Source: Klebsiella phage vB_Kpn_004_Koku. Taken from it: a DNA stretch of 44,317 nucleotides. The notes below the pieces were generated by a model. The model was not told the DNA's origin and searched no databases. It worked only from the letters and a program-made list of their open reading frames with translations. The position numbers and the translations under genes were made by a program. Every line of letters begins with the position of its first letter. The first letter of the stretch is position 1. Where the stretch lies: the sequence record PV625053.1, one strand, 5' to 3'. This document shows positions 9,772 through 19,184 of this stretch, piece by piece.

Positions 9772-12700
9772 ATGGCTGAATTACCAAGCCAGAGTTGGGT
9801 GGGTGTAGCACAACGTCGGTTGCCGCCTACCTTCTCTCAAGTAGCCGAAGCCGAGCGTAAGCTGGAAGCGCAGCGAGAGCAGGACAAGGTTATGACCACT
9901 GCCCTTGAGAGTGAGTGGGCTCTTTATGGTGGACAACGTGCGTTAGAGCGGGCCACCACCGAGTTTGCACCTCAAGAGGGTTATGAAGTTCCGCAGTCTA
10001 CCGTGGAGGAGTTGTCTCGCATTCACGGATACGAGATTGCACAGGAGATTGTGCAAGGTGTACAGTCTCCAGCAGAGCTACAATTCCGCATGTCCAATGC
10101 ACAGGCGGACAAAGATCGTGCTGAGATTCTCGCCCGTAATGGCTTCACTGGCTTCGCTGCTCAATTGGCTGCTGGTGTGCTCGACCCGGTCGGCTGGGCT
10201 GCATCCGTTGTCGCCGCACCTGTAGCTGGTGCCGTCAAGATAGGCCGCATGGGTCGTGTCCTCAAGACTGGCCTGCTGGCTGCCGGGGAGAATGCTGCAC
10301 TTGAAGCTGTGCTGGCCCAAGGCGACTATCAGCGTAACATCGACGATGTGCTAACGGCTGCTGGTTTCGGCATGGTGATGGGTGGCACTATTGGTGCAGC
10401 GACACGCCAGCGCGTCCGAGGTGTAGAGACGGACACGCCACGTGCAACCGTTGACGACCTTGATACTGTGATTCGCGGTGCCGACGAGTTCGACCAGTCT
10501 GCATCTCGCGCCGTCATGGAGGCGATGGAGTATGATGCATATATGGCTGCTCGCAACTTTGAGCCGCTCAAGGCCAGAGAGGTAGACTTCGACATGGCAA
10601 TCTACCAGCATACCGAAGGCTTGCGCAAGCAGGCTAACGTGCGCATGACTGCTAAGGAGAAGGGGCAACTCAAGGCATCCATTCGTCAGGCAGAGGATGA
10701 GCTACGTGTTATGCAAGAGAGTCGCACCGCTGCCAAGGCGGAGCACGCTGCCAAGAAGGGTGCTGCCCGGAGTAAAGCCGAAGCGCTGGACACCAAGGTG
10801 GAGTTGCAGGCGATTGCCCGTCGCTTTGACGCACCTATCGCGGACGCCACCAAACGCCTTGATGAGCTTAACGCAAAGCTGGCGCAGGTTGAGAATGTGG
10901 CAACGTCAAAGGCAGAGCTTAAACGCTTCTCCAGTCTGTCCCGCGAGGAGCAGATCAAGGAGCTAGGTCTTGAGGTGCCGTCTCGTAAAGTTGACATGCA
11001 CAGCGCAGTGCGCGAGGCGGTAGCCGCTATCCGTGCAGAGCGAACCAAGACACCGACTGAGCTACATGCGGAAGCCGTAGCAGCACGTGAGGCAGAGGCC
11101 AAAGCGCCAGACGACTCCTTGTCGGCAGCGCGTGTGGAGGGGTCAGAGATTCAAGGAGAGCAGTTCGACCTGTCCGATAAGATGGAAGATCTGATGGACG
11201 ACCTTGCACGTGAGGCTTACCAGTCTGATGTGCGACCGGTGTCAACCTTTGGGCTTGGCTCTGTCTCTTCTGTTATCCTTAACTCGAAGAACCCTGTATT
11301 CCGTGGCCTAGGTTTACGCCTACTAGAGAATGCCCAAGGTGGCGCCTATCAGGGCAAGACTGCCTCGATCCTGTCTAACGTATATGGTAACTTGATTCGC
11401 ACAGCAGAGCGTAACCGCTACAACGATGGCTTCTCACAGTTCATCAAGGATAACAATCTGCGCGCTATCGACTACCTGAACCCTGCCGTGACGCGAGACT
11501 TCAACAACCAAATCTACACCGCTATCGTTAAAGGCATACCAGATGATACGCCGAAAGGTGTTAAGCTGGCAGCCGAAGGTATGGCTGATAAGTTGAAGAA
11601 GGCGCTTGAGATACGTAAGCAGGCGGGTGAGGCAGGCTTCGAGGACGTCAAGGCGGCGCGTGACTACATGCCTGTGATTTACGATGGCATCAAGGTTACG
11701 GAGGCTGTGAACCGTATGGGTAGCAGCGAGGCCGTAATTGCACTGCTGTCTAAGGGTTATCAGACTGGCAAGTACAAGCTGGGTAAGAAGTCTGCTGATG
11801 CGCTGGCTAAAGTTCAGTACATTCGCGCTTCGGACTCCACCTTGTCTAGCCGTGTGTCCTTTGATCGTGTGGTATCTCAGCAGCAGCAGGTGCAACTTAT
11901 CGAAGACTTGAAGAAGGCAGGTGTGCCGGATTCTATCATCGACAACTTCATCGAAGGCACAGAGTTGCAGGAGATGGCGGAGTCTGTATCGAATCGCGCC
12001 AAGGCCAGCATGGGTATCAACACTCAGGCTGAGTATGGCGGTATGAAGGTGCAGGACTTGCTGAACACTAACGTGGGCGAGTTGGTCGAGAACTACGGCA
12101 AAGAGGCCGCAGGCGGCGCTGCACTGGCCGCAATGGGCTTCCCTACCCGTCAGTCCGTCTTGAACGCTATCGACGCAGCAGAGCGTGCTGGGCGCAATAT
12201 GGCGGGGTCTGACGCCAAGGCCATTAAGCAACTTCGGGCAGAAGCGGACATGCTCCGTGATTCTGTACGAATGTTGTACGGTAACACCATCGACGCCGAC
12301 CCTAACGCTGGCATCGTCAGAGGCACTCGCCGGGTGCGTGAGGTGACAGGCTTGTTACGCCTTGGTCAGATGGGCTTTGCTCAGATACCAGAGATGGCGC
12401 GGGCTATCACGAAGATGGGGCTTGGCACTGTCCTGAAATCCGTACCAGCCACCAAGTTCCTCCGGTCACGTGCCGGGCGAGAAGGTGGTACTGCACAGGG
12501 CAGACTGCTGGAGCCAGAACTCAGGGAGATGGAGGAGCTTGTCGGGTACATCGGTGAGGACAACTGGCTGACTGGCTGGAACGTCCGTCACGATGAGTTC
12601 GGCGAGACTGCCGACAATCTCAGTCGCCTGTCTGCTGTGATAGACAACGGACTGGCGATGGGTAGTCATATCAACACTTGGCTGTCTGGCTTCAAGGCGG

Positions 12701-13566
12701 TGCAGGGTGGTTCTGAGAAAATCGTCGCTCGTTCAATCAATAAGCGCCTCAAGGAGCACCTGTCCGGTGGACGTAAGCTGCCGCAGCGTGACTTGGATGA
12801 GGTGGGTCTTGACGAGGCAACCATGAAGCGGCTACAGCGCCACTTTGATGAGAACCCGTCTTACGCAGACTATAACGGCGAGAAAGTTCGCATGATGAAC
12901 TTCGACGCTATGGAGCCAGATCTTCGGGAAACTGTAGGTGTGGCGGTGCGCCGTATGTCAGGTCGTCTTATCCAGCGTAACTTCATCGGGGATGAGGGTA
13001 TCTGGATGAACAAATGGTGGGGCAAAGCATTGACTCAATTCAAATCATTCTCCATTGTCTCTATTGAGAAGCAGCTAATTCACGATTTACGGGGTGATAA
13101 GATTCAGGCCGCTCAGATTCTGGCTTGGTCTTCCTTGTTAGGCTTCGCATCCTACGCTACTCAGATGCAGATGCAGGCAATCGGTCGTGCAGATCGAGAC
13201 AAGTTCCTACGTGAGAAATTCGATACCCAAAACATGGCTATGGGTGTGTTCAACAAACTGCCGCAGGTTGCAGGCTTCGGTCTGGCTGGCGATGCATTGG
13301 CGACTCTCGGTCTTATGCCGGATGCGCTTATGCAGGCTCCGGGTCGTATGGGCTTCCAGCAGCAAGGCTTTGGTGAACTCGTAGCAGGTGCGGGTGTCAT
13401 TGGTGATGCCGTGGACTTCTCCAAGGCATTGGTTAAGTACGCCAATGGCGACGATGATGTATCGACTCGACAAATCGTTGACAAGATGCGCCGTCTGGTG
13501 CCACTGGCTAACACGATTGGTATTGGTCAAATGACCAAGGCCAGCGTAGACTTATTGGAGGACTGA
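9772..13566 (+). CDS. internal virion protein C (gp16-like, large ejection protein)
   Basis: 1264 aa ORF with AAGGAGG SD; syntenic with T7 gp16 immediately before the tail fibre/adaptor gene. Confidence 0.8.
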   Translation: MAELPSQSWVGVAQRRLPPTFSQVAEAERKLEAQREQDKVMTTALESEWALYGGQRALERATTEFAPQEGYEVPQSTVEELSRIHGYEIAQEIVQGVQSPAELQFRMSNAQADKDRAEILARNGFTGFAAQLAAGVLDPVGWAASVVAAPVAGAVKIGRMGRVLKTGLLAAGENAALEAVLAQGDYQRNIDDVLTAAGFGMVMGGTIGAATRQRVRGVETDTPRATVDDLDTVIRGADEFDQSASRAVMEAMEYDAYMAARNFEPLKAREVDFDMAIYQHTEGLRKQANVRMTAKEKGQLKASIRQAEDELRVMQESRTAAKAEHAAKKGAARSKAEALDTKVELQAIARRFDAPIADATKRLDELNAKLAQVENVATSKAELKRFSSLSREEQIKELGLEVPSRKVDMHSAVREAVAAIRAERTKTPTELHAEAVAAREAEAKAPDDSLSAARVEGSEIQGEQFDLSDKMEDLMDDLAREAYQSDVRPVSTFGLGSVSSVILNSKNPVFRGLGLRLLENAQGGAYQGKTASILSNVYGNLIRTAERNRYNDGFSQFIKDNNLRAIDYLNPAVTRDFNNQIYTAIVKGIPDDTPKGVKLAAEGMADKLKKALEIRKQAGEAGFEDVKAARDYMPVIYDGIKVTEAVNRMGSSEAVIALLSKGYQTGKYKLGKKSADALAKVQYIRASDSTLSSRVSFDRVVSQQQQVQLIEDLKKAGVPDSIIDNFIEGTELQEMAESVSNRAKASMGINTQAEYGGMKVQDLLNTNVGELVENYGKEAAGGAALAAMGFPTRQSVLNAIDAAERAGRNMAGSDAKAIKQLRAEADMLRDSVRMLYGNTIDADPNAGIVRGTRRVREVTGLLRLGQMGFAQIPEMARAITKMGLGTVLKSVPATKFLRSRAGREGGTAQGRLLEPELREMEELVGYIGEDNWLTGWNVRHDEFGETADNLSRLSAVIDNGLAMGSHINTWLSGFKAVQGGSEKIVARSINKRLKEHLSGGRKLPQRDLDEVGLDEATMKRLQRHFDENPSYADYNGEKVRMMNFDAMEPDLRETVGVAVRRMSGRLIQRNFIGDEGIWMNKWWGKALTQFKSFSIVSIEKQLIHDLRGDKIQAAQILAWSSLLGFASYATQMQMQAIGRADRDKFLREKFDTQNMAMGVFNKLPQVAGFGLAGDALATLGLMPDALMQAPGRMGFQQQGFGELVAGAGVIGDAVDFSKALVKYANGDDDVSTRQIVDKMRRLVPLANTIGIGQMTKASVDLLED

Positions 13567-14585
13567 TGAGCTATACCTTTACCGAGAGGACAGCAGACGG
13601 TTCGCAGACCACTTTCTCTTTCAGCTTTGCTGGGGCAGACAAGGGTTACATTCGAGCCTCTGATATCTACGTTGAAGTCGGTGATGGTAGGACTTGGCAG
13701 AGTGCCACTGGATGGCGCCTGTCAGGCACAAACCAGATCACATTCAACGTACCACCTTCTCGCGGTACAGTAGTAAGGATTCGGCGTATTGTAGGGAAGG
13801 ATCAGCCGTATGCTAACTTCGACCGCAATGTTATCTTGGATATGAAATCCTTGAATAACTCTTTTATCCAGCAACTTGAGTTAACTCAGGAGATGCTAGA
13901 TGGTTTCTTGCCAGATAGTTTCTACTTCAAGCAAGATATCAACGCGGGCTGGCATAACATCTACCACCTAATGCCTGGCACAGAAGATCACCATGCTGTG
14001 AACAAGGCGCAGTTTGATTCAGCAAATAGCAACCTGCAAACGCAGATTGATGAGAATGATGCCAAGCAGACGGCATGGAACAAGCGTCAGGATGAGCAGA
14101 TTGTTGGTATTATTAAGTCGTTTGACTCCAACATCTCTCACAGGACAGCACCTTGGACGTATGAGGCAGTGGGCGGTGAGACTAAAGTATCACCTCCGTT
14201 CTTCTTCCACTCCGCACTAGTGTGGCGAGATGGTGTCTTCCAAGACGAATTAGCAGGTGCATTCGAGATCGTTAATAACGAAATCCTACTGGCACAACCT
14301 GCATTGCGCAAAGGTGAGCGTGTCTCTGTACTGGTTGGTTCCCGCATCGCAGTGCCGGAGGTAGGTAACGTGCTTCGCATGTCTTACCGCATCACCGAAG
14401 GTACGACTGTGGTCAACCTTGGAACTACCGTAGAGGGTGTTGAGGTGTACCTTGATGGTCTTATCCAAGATGAAGATGCCTACACTCTTAACGCCGACCA
14501 TCGAACCCTTACCTTCACGGAGCCTTTACCGGAGTGTCGGATGATGGTTAAGGCGGTCTTTGATAACAGAACTCGCTTAGAGTAA
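13566..14585 (+). CDS. tailspike adaptor protein (T7 gp17 N-terminal domain-like)
   Basis: 339 aa; N-terminus MSYTFTERTADGSQTTFSFSFAGADKGYIRASDIYVEV.. is the conserved tail-attachment domain of T7-group fibre proteins; no receptor-binding C-terminal part, as in SP6/K1-5 adaptors. Confidence 0.8.
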   Translation: MSYTFTERTADGSQTTFSFSFAGADKGYIRASDIYVEVGDGRTWQSATGWRLSGTNQITFNVPPSRGTVVRIRRIVGKDQPYANFDRNVILDMKSLNNSFIQQLELTQEMLDGFLPDSFYFKQDINAGWHNIYHLMPGTEDHHAVNKAQFDSANSNLQTQIDENDAKQTAWNKRQDEQIVGIIKSFDSNISHRTAPWTYEAVGGETKVSPPFFFHSALVWRDGVFQDELAGAFEIVNNEILLAQPALRKGERVSVLVGSRIAVPEVGNVLRMSYRITEGTTVVNLGTTVEGVEVYLDGLIQDEDAYTLNADHRTLTFTEPLPECRMMVKAVFDNRTRLE

Positions 14586-14594
14586 GGAGGAAGC

Positions 14595-14786
14595 ATGGTA
14601 AACTCAGATGTTATCAACGATACGCTGAAGTGGGTTCCGGGTGCCATAGTGACGAGCACGACCTTCTTAGGTATTAGTTGGGAGAACTGGGTTTACATAT
14701 TAACCGCTATCTACACTATGTTGCAGATTGGCGATTGGGTATGGAACCGAGTTACCAAATGGAGGGAGAAGCGTGGCAGTAAATAA
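14595..14786 (+). CDS. holin (T7 gp17.5-like, class II)
   Basis: 63 aa, hydrophobic core ..ISWENWVYILTAIYTMLQIGDWVW.. closely parallels T7 gp17.5 ..LNEWFYVAAIAYTVVQIG..; same syntenic slot between fibre/adaptor and terminase genes. Confidence 0.75.
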   Translation: MVNSDVINDTLKWVPGAIVTSTTFLGISWENWVYILTAIYTMLQIGDWVWNRVTKWREKRGSK

Positions 14787-15078
14787 CCGACATGCGGCTA
14801 GTGAAGATGATTTAGGTATCCTTCACAATGCTATTACCAAGATGTTCAACAAGAAGGCACAGGCGATCCTTGATGCTATTGAGGACGACCCTGATGCTGC
14901 CATTGGCCTTGTTTCAGGCAAAGATGTAGGTGCGATGTGTAAGTGGGTGCTGGATAACGGCATCATCGCTACACCTGCCGCACAGCAGGAAGAGAGCAAG
15001 CTGTCTAAACGACTGGCTGCACTCAAGGCTGCATCGCAAGGCAAGGTCATTAACTTTACTGACGTTAAGGAGGCTTAA
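14773..15078 (+). CDS. terminase small subunit (gp18-like); start uncertain
   Basis: ORF-track start 14728 is TTG inside the holin gene; GTG at 14773 lies 6 nt after GGAGGGAG and gives ~101 aa, similar in size and character to T7 gp18. Confidence 0.5.
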   Translation: MAVNNRHAASEDDLGILHNAITKMFNKKAQAILDAIEDDPDAAIGLVSGKDVGAMCKWVLDNGIIATPAAQQEESKLSKRLAALKAASQGKVINFTDVKEA

Positions 15079-16976
15079 TGGCAAAGGCAAGGGAGTCCCA
15101 AGCGGAAGCCCTTGCCCGTTGGGAAATGCTGCGAGAACTACAGCAGGCATTCCCCTATACGGTGCAGGGCTTACTGTCGTTCGCTCAGGTGGTAATCAAT
15201 ACACTAATCACTGGCAACCCCGACCTGAACCGAGTACAAGCCGATATCCTCAAGTTCCTGTTCTCAGGAAACAAGTATCGGATGGTAGAAGCGCAGCGTG
15301 GTCAGGCTAAGACTACCATCGCTGCAATCTATGCGGTGTTCCGTATCATTCACGAACCGCACAAACGCATCATGATCGTATCACAGACAGCCAAGCGAGC
15401 CGAGGAAATCGCAGGGTGGGTGATTAAGATCTTCCGTGGATTGGACTTCCTTGAGTTCATGCTTCCTGATATCTACGCAGGTGACAAGGCTTCAATCAAA
15501 GGCTTCGAGATCCACTATACCTTACGTGGAAGTGACAAGTCTCCGTCTGTCGCTTGCTACTCTATCGAAGCAGGTATGCAGGGTGCGCGTGCAGATATCA
15601 TTCTGGCGGACGACGTTGAGTCGTTGCAGAATAGCCGTACCGCCGCAGGCCGTGCATTGCTGGAGGACTTGACCAAAGAGTTCGAATCCATTAACCAGTT
15701 TGGTGATATCATCTACCTAGGGACGCCGCAGAGCGTTAACTCCATCTACAACAACCTCCCGGCGCGTGGCTACCAGATTCGTATCTGGCCCGGTCGCTAT
15801 CCAACGCTGGAGCAAGAGGCTTGCTATGGGGACTTCTTGGCACCGATGATCCGCCAAGACATGCTTGATAACCCGAACCTTCGATCCGGTTACGGCATCG
15901 ACGGAACTCAAGGGGCACCAACCTGCCCGGAGATGTACGACGATGAGAAGTTGATTGAGAAGGAGATCTCGCAGGGTACGGCTAAGTTCCAGCTACAGTT
16001 CATGCTGAACACTCGCCTGATGGATGCAGACCGCTACCCATTACGCCTGAACAACCTGATCATGATGAGCTTTGGCACCGATGTAGTCCCGGAGATGCCG
16101 ACTTGGAGCAACGATTCGATGAACCTTATCGGCGATGCACCACGCTTCGGTAACAAGCCTACGGACTACCTGTACCGCCCTGTGGCCCGCCCGTATGAGT
16201 GGCGACCGATTCAACGCCGTGTCATGTATATTGACCCGGCTGGTGGCGGTAAGAACGGTGACGAAACGGGCGTAGCTATCGTCTTCCTGCTAGGGACATT
16301 CATCTACGTCTATAAGTGCTTCGGTGTGCCGGGCGGGTACTCGGATAGCGCGCTCAGTCGCATTGTGCGCGAAGCAAAGGCCGCAGAGGTCAAAGAGGTC
16401 TTCATAGAGAAGAACTTCGGTCACGGTGCGTTTGAGGCGGTAATTAAGCCATATTTCGAAAGAGAGTGGCCTGCCGAGTTGAAAGAGGATTATGCGCACG
16501 GACAGAAGGAAGTGCGTATCATCGAGACACTGGAGCCTCTATTCTCTGCGCACCGCATCATCTTCAACGCGGAGATGATTAAGCAGGACATAGACAGCAT
16601 CCAGCACTACCCGCTCGAAACACGTATGAGCTACAGCTTGTTCGGTCAAATCTCGAACATTACTCTGGAGAAAGGATGCCTGCGGCATGACGACCGCTTA
16701 GACGCCCTGTACGGCGCTATACGGCAATTAACTTCTCAGATAGACTATGACGAGGTTAACCGGATAAATCGGCTCAGGGCGCAGGAGATGCGCGATTATC
16801 TGGACATGATGCACGACCCTCGGAGACGACGGGAGTTCTTTACCGGGCAAGACCACGGCTATCGCCCTCGGACGAACACCAGCGATGCCCGTATCCAGTC
16901 CGTGTGGGGTAAATCGGTGCGGCCTAAAACTCGTTCTCGGAATACACTTTCTTCAAGAATTTCAAGGACTTGGTAA
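15078..16976 (+). CDS. terminase large subunit (DNA maturase B, gp19-like)
   Basis: 632 aa, AAGGAGG SD, ATG overlaps upstream stop; P-loop-like ..RGQAKTT.. ; syntenic. Confidence 0.85.
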   Translation: MAKARESQAEALARWEMLRELQQAFPYTVQGLLSFAQVVINTLITGNPDLNRVQADILKFLFSGNKYRMVEAQRGQAKTTIAAIYAVFRIIHEPHKRIMIVSQTAKRAEEIAGWVIKIFRGLDFLEFMLPDIYAGDKASIKGFEIHYTLRGSDKSPSVACYSIEAGMQGARADIILADDVESLQNSRTAAGRALLEDLTKEFESINQFGDIIYLGTPQSVNSIYNNLPARGYQIRIWPGRYPTLEQEACYGDFLAPMIRQDMLDNPNLRSGYGIDGTQGAPTCPEMYDDEKLIEKEISQGTAKFQLQFMLNTRLMDADRYPLRLNNLIMMSFGTDVVPEMPTWSNDSMNLIGDAPRFGNKPTDYLYRPVARPYEWRPIQRRVMYIDPAGGGKNGDETGVAIVFLLGTFIYVYKCFGVPGGYSDSALSRIVREAKAAEVKEVFIEKNFGHGAFEAVIKPYFEREWPAELKEDYAHGQKEVRIIETLEPLFSAHRIIFNAEMIKQDIDSIQHYPLETRMSYSLFGQISNITLEKGCLRHDDRLDALYGAIRQLTSQIDYDEVNRINRLRAQEMRDYLDMMHDPRRRREFFTGQDHGYRPRTNTSDARIQSVWGKSVRPKTRSRNTLSSRISRTW

Positions 16977-16995
16977 TTAGGGGACACTATAGAAG
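16975..16995 (+). promoter_or_regulatory. SP6-type promoter variant after terminase gene
   Basis: AATTAGGGGACACTATAGAAG; followed by AT-rich repeat element. Confidence 0.75.
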
Positions 16996-17063
16996 GAAGA
17001 CCAAGGTAATAAAGGATATTATGGGTAATATAGGATTACCTAGGTTATATAGGTACGCCTTAT
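16996..17063 (+). repeat. AT-rich iteron-like element A downstream of promoter
   Basis: GAAGGAAGACCAAGGTAATAAAGG then ATAGGTA/TATAGG repeats; first 36 nt identical to element at 35334. Confidence 0.7.
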
Positions 17064-17065
17064 TA

Positions 17066-17098
17066 TGAGGGTACTCCAGTACCCTCTTCTTACCTATT
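17066..17098 (+). terminator. hairpin/attenuator downstream of promoter 16975
   Basis: GAGGGTAC-TCCA-GTACCCTC perfect stem followed by TTCTTACCTATTTC. Confidence 0.45.
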
Positions 17099-17128
17099 TC
17101 ACTGTTTACTATAAACAAGGAGTACAGA

Positions 17129-17410
17129 ATGGCTAATAATTATAGTGATCAACCACTAACAGGTCGGTATGATCGAAAACAGGAGACACCTGTAAGTGAA
17201 GCGTTAATGCTTCCTGTTGTTACAGAGGAGTCTATTACGAAGAAAGCCAATGTCATCAATGATGCAACCAAATCTGGCAAACAGAAAGCAGCAATGGTGT
17301 GTCGTCCTGTAGGTGGCACTCTTGAGATTGCCATTGCTACGGGTAGCAAAGAGGACGCAGACTGGTTGTCTGTTAAAATGGATGCCGTTGGTTTTGTTAC
17401 ACCAGTTTAA
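17129..17410 (+). CDS. hypothetical protein, paralog 1 of a triplicated family
   Basis: 93 aa; shares core ..SGKQKAAMV....G.LEIAIATGSKEDADW..VTPV with the next two ORFs; AT-rich codon usage. Confidence 0.7.
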   Translation: MANNYSDQPLTGRYDRKQETPVSEALMLPVVTEESITKKANVINDATKSGKQKAAMVCRPVGGTLEIAIATGSKEDADWLSVKMDAVGFVTPV

Positions 17411-17426
17411 AAGAGGAGAAGAGAAT

Positions 17427-17711
17427 ATGTCTAAATATGGTGAGGTAGGTACTACTACTGGTCAGGCTTTTCGTGTAAAAGCAGTACAAACTATTGCAAC
17501 TGCAATCCCTATGCCTGTTGTGGCAGAAGATGACCTTAAAAAGAAAGACCACCCGATTAATATTGAACATCTCTCTGGTAAGCAGAAAGGTGCAATGGTG
17601 GTTGTAGACAAAGGTAACGGCCTCTATATTGCTATTGCACGTGGAAGCAAACCAACTGACATTTGGGATGTAACCACTATGGAACCTGTACCTGTCACAC
17701 CGGGAGTTTAA
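17427..17711 (+). CDS. hypothetical protein, paralog 2
   Basis: 94 aa from ATG 17427 preceded by AAGAGGAGAAG SD; core ..SGKQKGAMVVVDKGNGLYIAIARGSKPTDIW..VTPGV. Confidence 0.7.
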   Translation: MSKYGEVGTTTGQAFRVKAVQTIATAIPMPVVAEDDLKKKDHPINIEHLSGKQKGAMVVVDKGNGLYIAIARGSKPTDIWDVTTMEPVPVTPGV

Positions 17712-17712
17712 T

Positions 17713-18408
17713 ATGCTGGGAGTCACAGGACAACGCAATAAGAATGTAGCAACCAAGGTAGTAGCTGATTTAGCTACTGCTGCTACTGTAGAAGAGTTAC
17801 GAGATCCATATAGCCCTATTAACCGTGCTGAACTTTCTGGCAAACACGAAGGGTCTGCTGTTATTGTTAAGAAAGAAGATGGTAACTATTCCATCTTTGT
17901 GGCAACAGGAAGCAAACCTACTGATGTGTGGAAAGAACTATCACCGACTGTACCTGAGCAGGATTTTCCTACTGAGTACATTGACATGGTTGATGTCCTT
18001 GTACACCCTGATAGTGAATCCAAAGTGAAGGTCATACCAGGAACAAAGACGGTACTTGTCCAAACACCAATGTTTGATGTAGCAGGTGAACTACTGTACC
18101 GTAACAGCCTATCAGCTAAGATCGGGCTGAATTGGGTCATTGGCGCTGCTGCGGCAGATACCATTAAGTTTAAAGTAAATGGTATTCTAGAGTCAGCAGA
18201 AGAGTATTATTCTTTAGATACAGTACAAGCGTTTATCTACACTAATGGCAGGGGTGCAGGTTTCCCTGAGGTTATGGTAGACCCTAAAGATGCAAGAACT
18301 AATGAATTTGGTATCATGGTAAACACTATGCCACCTAATGCATCTCAGTTTGGATTAAACATCACCCTAGAGTGGACTTCACCTACGAGGATCATGTATG
18401 CTAAATAA
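17713..18408 (+). CDS. hypothetical protein, paralog 3 with ~130-aa C-terminal extension
   Basis: 231 aa; N-terminal part ..SGKHEGSAVIVKKEDGNYSIFVATGSKPTDVW.. repeats the family core; stop overlaps endolysin start. Confidence 0.7.
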   Translation: MLGVTGQRNKNVATKVVADLATAATVEELRDPYSPINRAELSGKHEGSAVIVKKEDGNYSIFVATGSKPTDVWKELSPTVPEQDFPTEYIDMVDVLVHPDSESKVKVIPGTKTVLVQTPMFDVAGELLYRNSLSAKIGLNWVIGAAAADTIKFKVNGILESAEEYYSLDTVQAFIYTNGRGAGFPEVMVDPKDARTNEFGIMVNTMPPNASQFGLNITLEWTSPTRIMYAK

Positions 18409-18748
18409 ATACTTCAAGCGTAAAGAGTTCGCTTGCCGTTGCGGTTGCGGCACCTCAACCGTAGATGCTGAACTGTTACAGGTTGTCACCGATGTGCGCG
18501 AACACTTCGGTATGCCTGTGGTTGTGAACTCAGGGCATCGCTGTGCCAAGCACAATGCCAACGTGGGCGGTGCCAAGAACTCCGTCCACATGACGGGTAA
18601 GGCTGCGGATATCCGCGTCAAAGGTCTGTCCCCATCTCAGGTGGCGTTCTACCTTGAGCAGAAATATCCCGACAAGTACGGCATCGGTCGCTATGCTGAC
18701 TTCACCCACATCGACGTTCGTGAAGGGAAGGCTCGCTGGAATGGTTGA
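18398..18748 (+). CDS. endolysin, peptidase M15 (L-alanyl-D-glutamate / D-Ala-D-Ala carboxypeptidase type)
   Basis: 116 aa ..SGHRCAKHNANVGGAKNSVHMTGKAADI..FTHIDVR.. zinc-ligand H/D/H pattern of M15 peptidase endolysins. Confidence 0.8.
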   Translation: MLNKYFKRKEFACRCGCGTSTVDAELLQVVTDVREHFGMPVVVNSGHRCAKHNANVGGAKNSVHMTGKAADIRVKGLSPSQVAFYLEQKYPDKYGIGRYADFTHIDVREGKARWNG

Positions 18749-18860
18749 GTGCATAGCTTGGTGCGAGAAGATGGTAGCGCAAGCTGCCGGGTCAGGTAAC
18801 TATACCGACTGGCAGAACTACACTACCCTGTTAAACCAATGGAAGGGGAGAGCATCTTGA
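18741..18860 (+). CDS. small ORF (39 aa), lysis-cassette filler, uncertain
   Basis: ATG overlaps endolysin stop (AATGGTTGA); MVECIAWCEKMVAQAAGSGNYTDWQNYTTLLNQWKGRAS; no strong SD of its own. Confidence 0.3.
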   Translation: MVECIAWCEKMVAQAAGSGNYTDWQNYTTLLNQWKGRAS

Positions 18861-19006
18861 TGAAGCTCCTGAAAAGCAAGAAGGTGGTGGCCGCACTTGT
18901 CGGCCTAGTGGTGGCACTTGTCTCCGTTGGCCTCGGCGTAGACCTTGGTGCTGGCACTGGCGATGCAGTGACAAGTGTTATCTGCCAAGCAGTAAGCTGT
19001 GAGTAA
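18860..19006 (+). CDS. small membrane protein (48 aa), lysis-associated
   Basis: ATG overlaps upstream stop (TGATG), AAGGGGAG SD 8 nt upstream; MKLLKSKKVVAALVGLVVALVSVGLGV.. basic N-terminus followed by one transmembrane segment. Confidence 0.55.
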   Translation: MKLLKSKKVVAALVGLVVALVSVGLGVDLGAGTGDAVTSVICQAVSCE

Positions 19007-19184
19007 ACTTCTGGAAATCCTAGCAGGTCTTCTCGGCCTGCTCTTGGACGCAAAGAAGAAGCATGAGCAGAAGGAGGCGCAAAGTGAAGCGAATCATGTT
19101 AGCGACAATCCTGCTGATTGGTTCGCTGATCACTTCCGGGTGCAGTCAGGTGTCACCAAGTCAGAACAGGGTGATGCCGACTAA
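18999..19184 (+). CDS. candidate i-spanin-like protein (61 aa), GTG start, uncertain
   Basis: GTG-initiated ORF with N-terminal hydrophobic helix LLEILAGLLGLLL then charged region; the lipoprotein gene overlaps it in the +1 frame, the overlapped Rz/Rz1 architecture. Confidence 0.35.
   Translation: MSKLLEILAGLLGLLLDAKKKHEQKEAQSEANHVSDNPADWFADHFRVQSGVTKSEQGDAD

Noticed and set aside
18860-19184. Merging the 48-aa and 61-aa membrane ORFs into one protein by +1 frameshift
   Set aside because: There is no slippery motif and the two ORFs overlap by only 8 nt. I treat them as separate ORFs pending resequencing, and flag the issue in findings.
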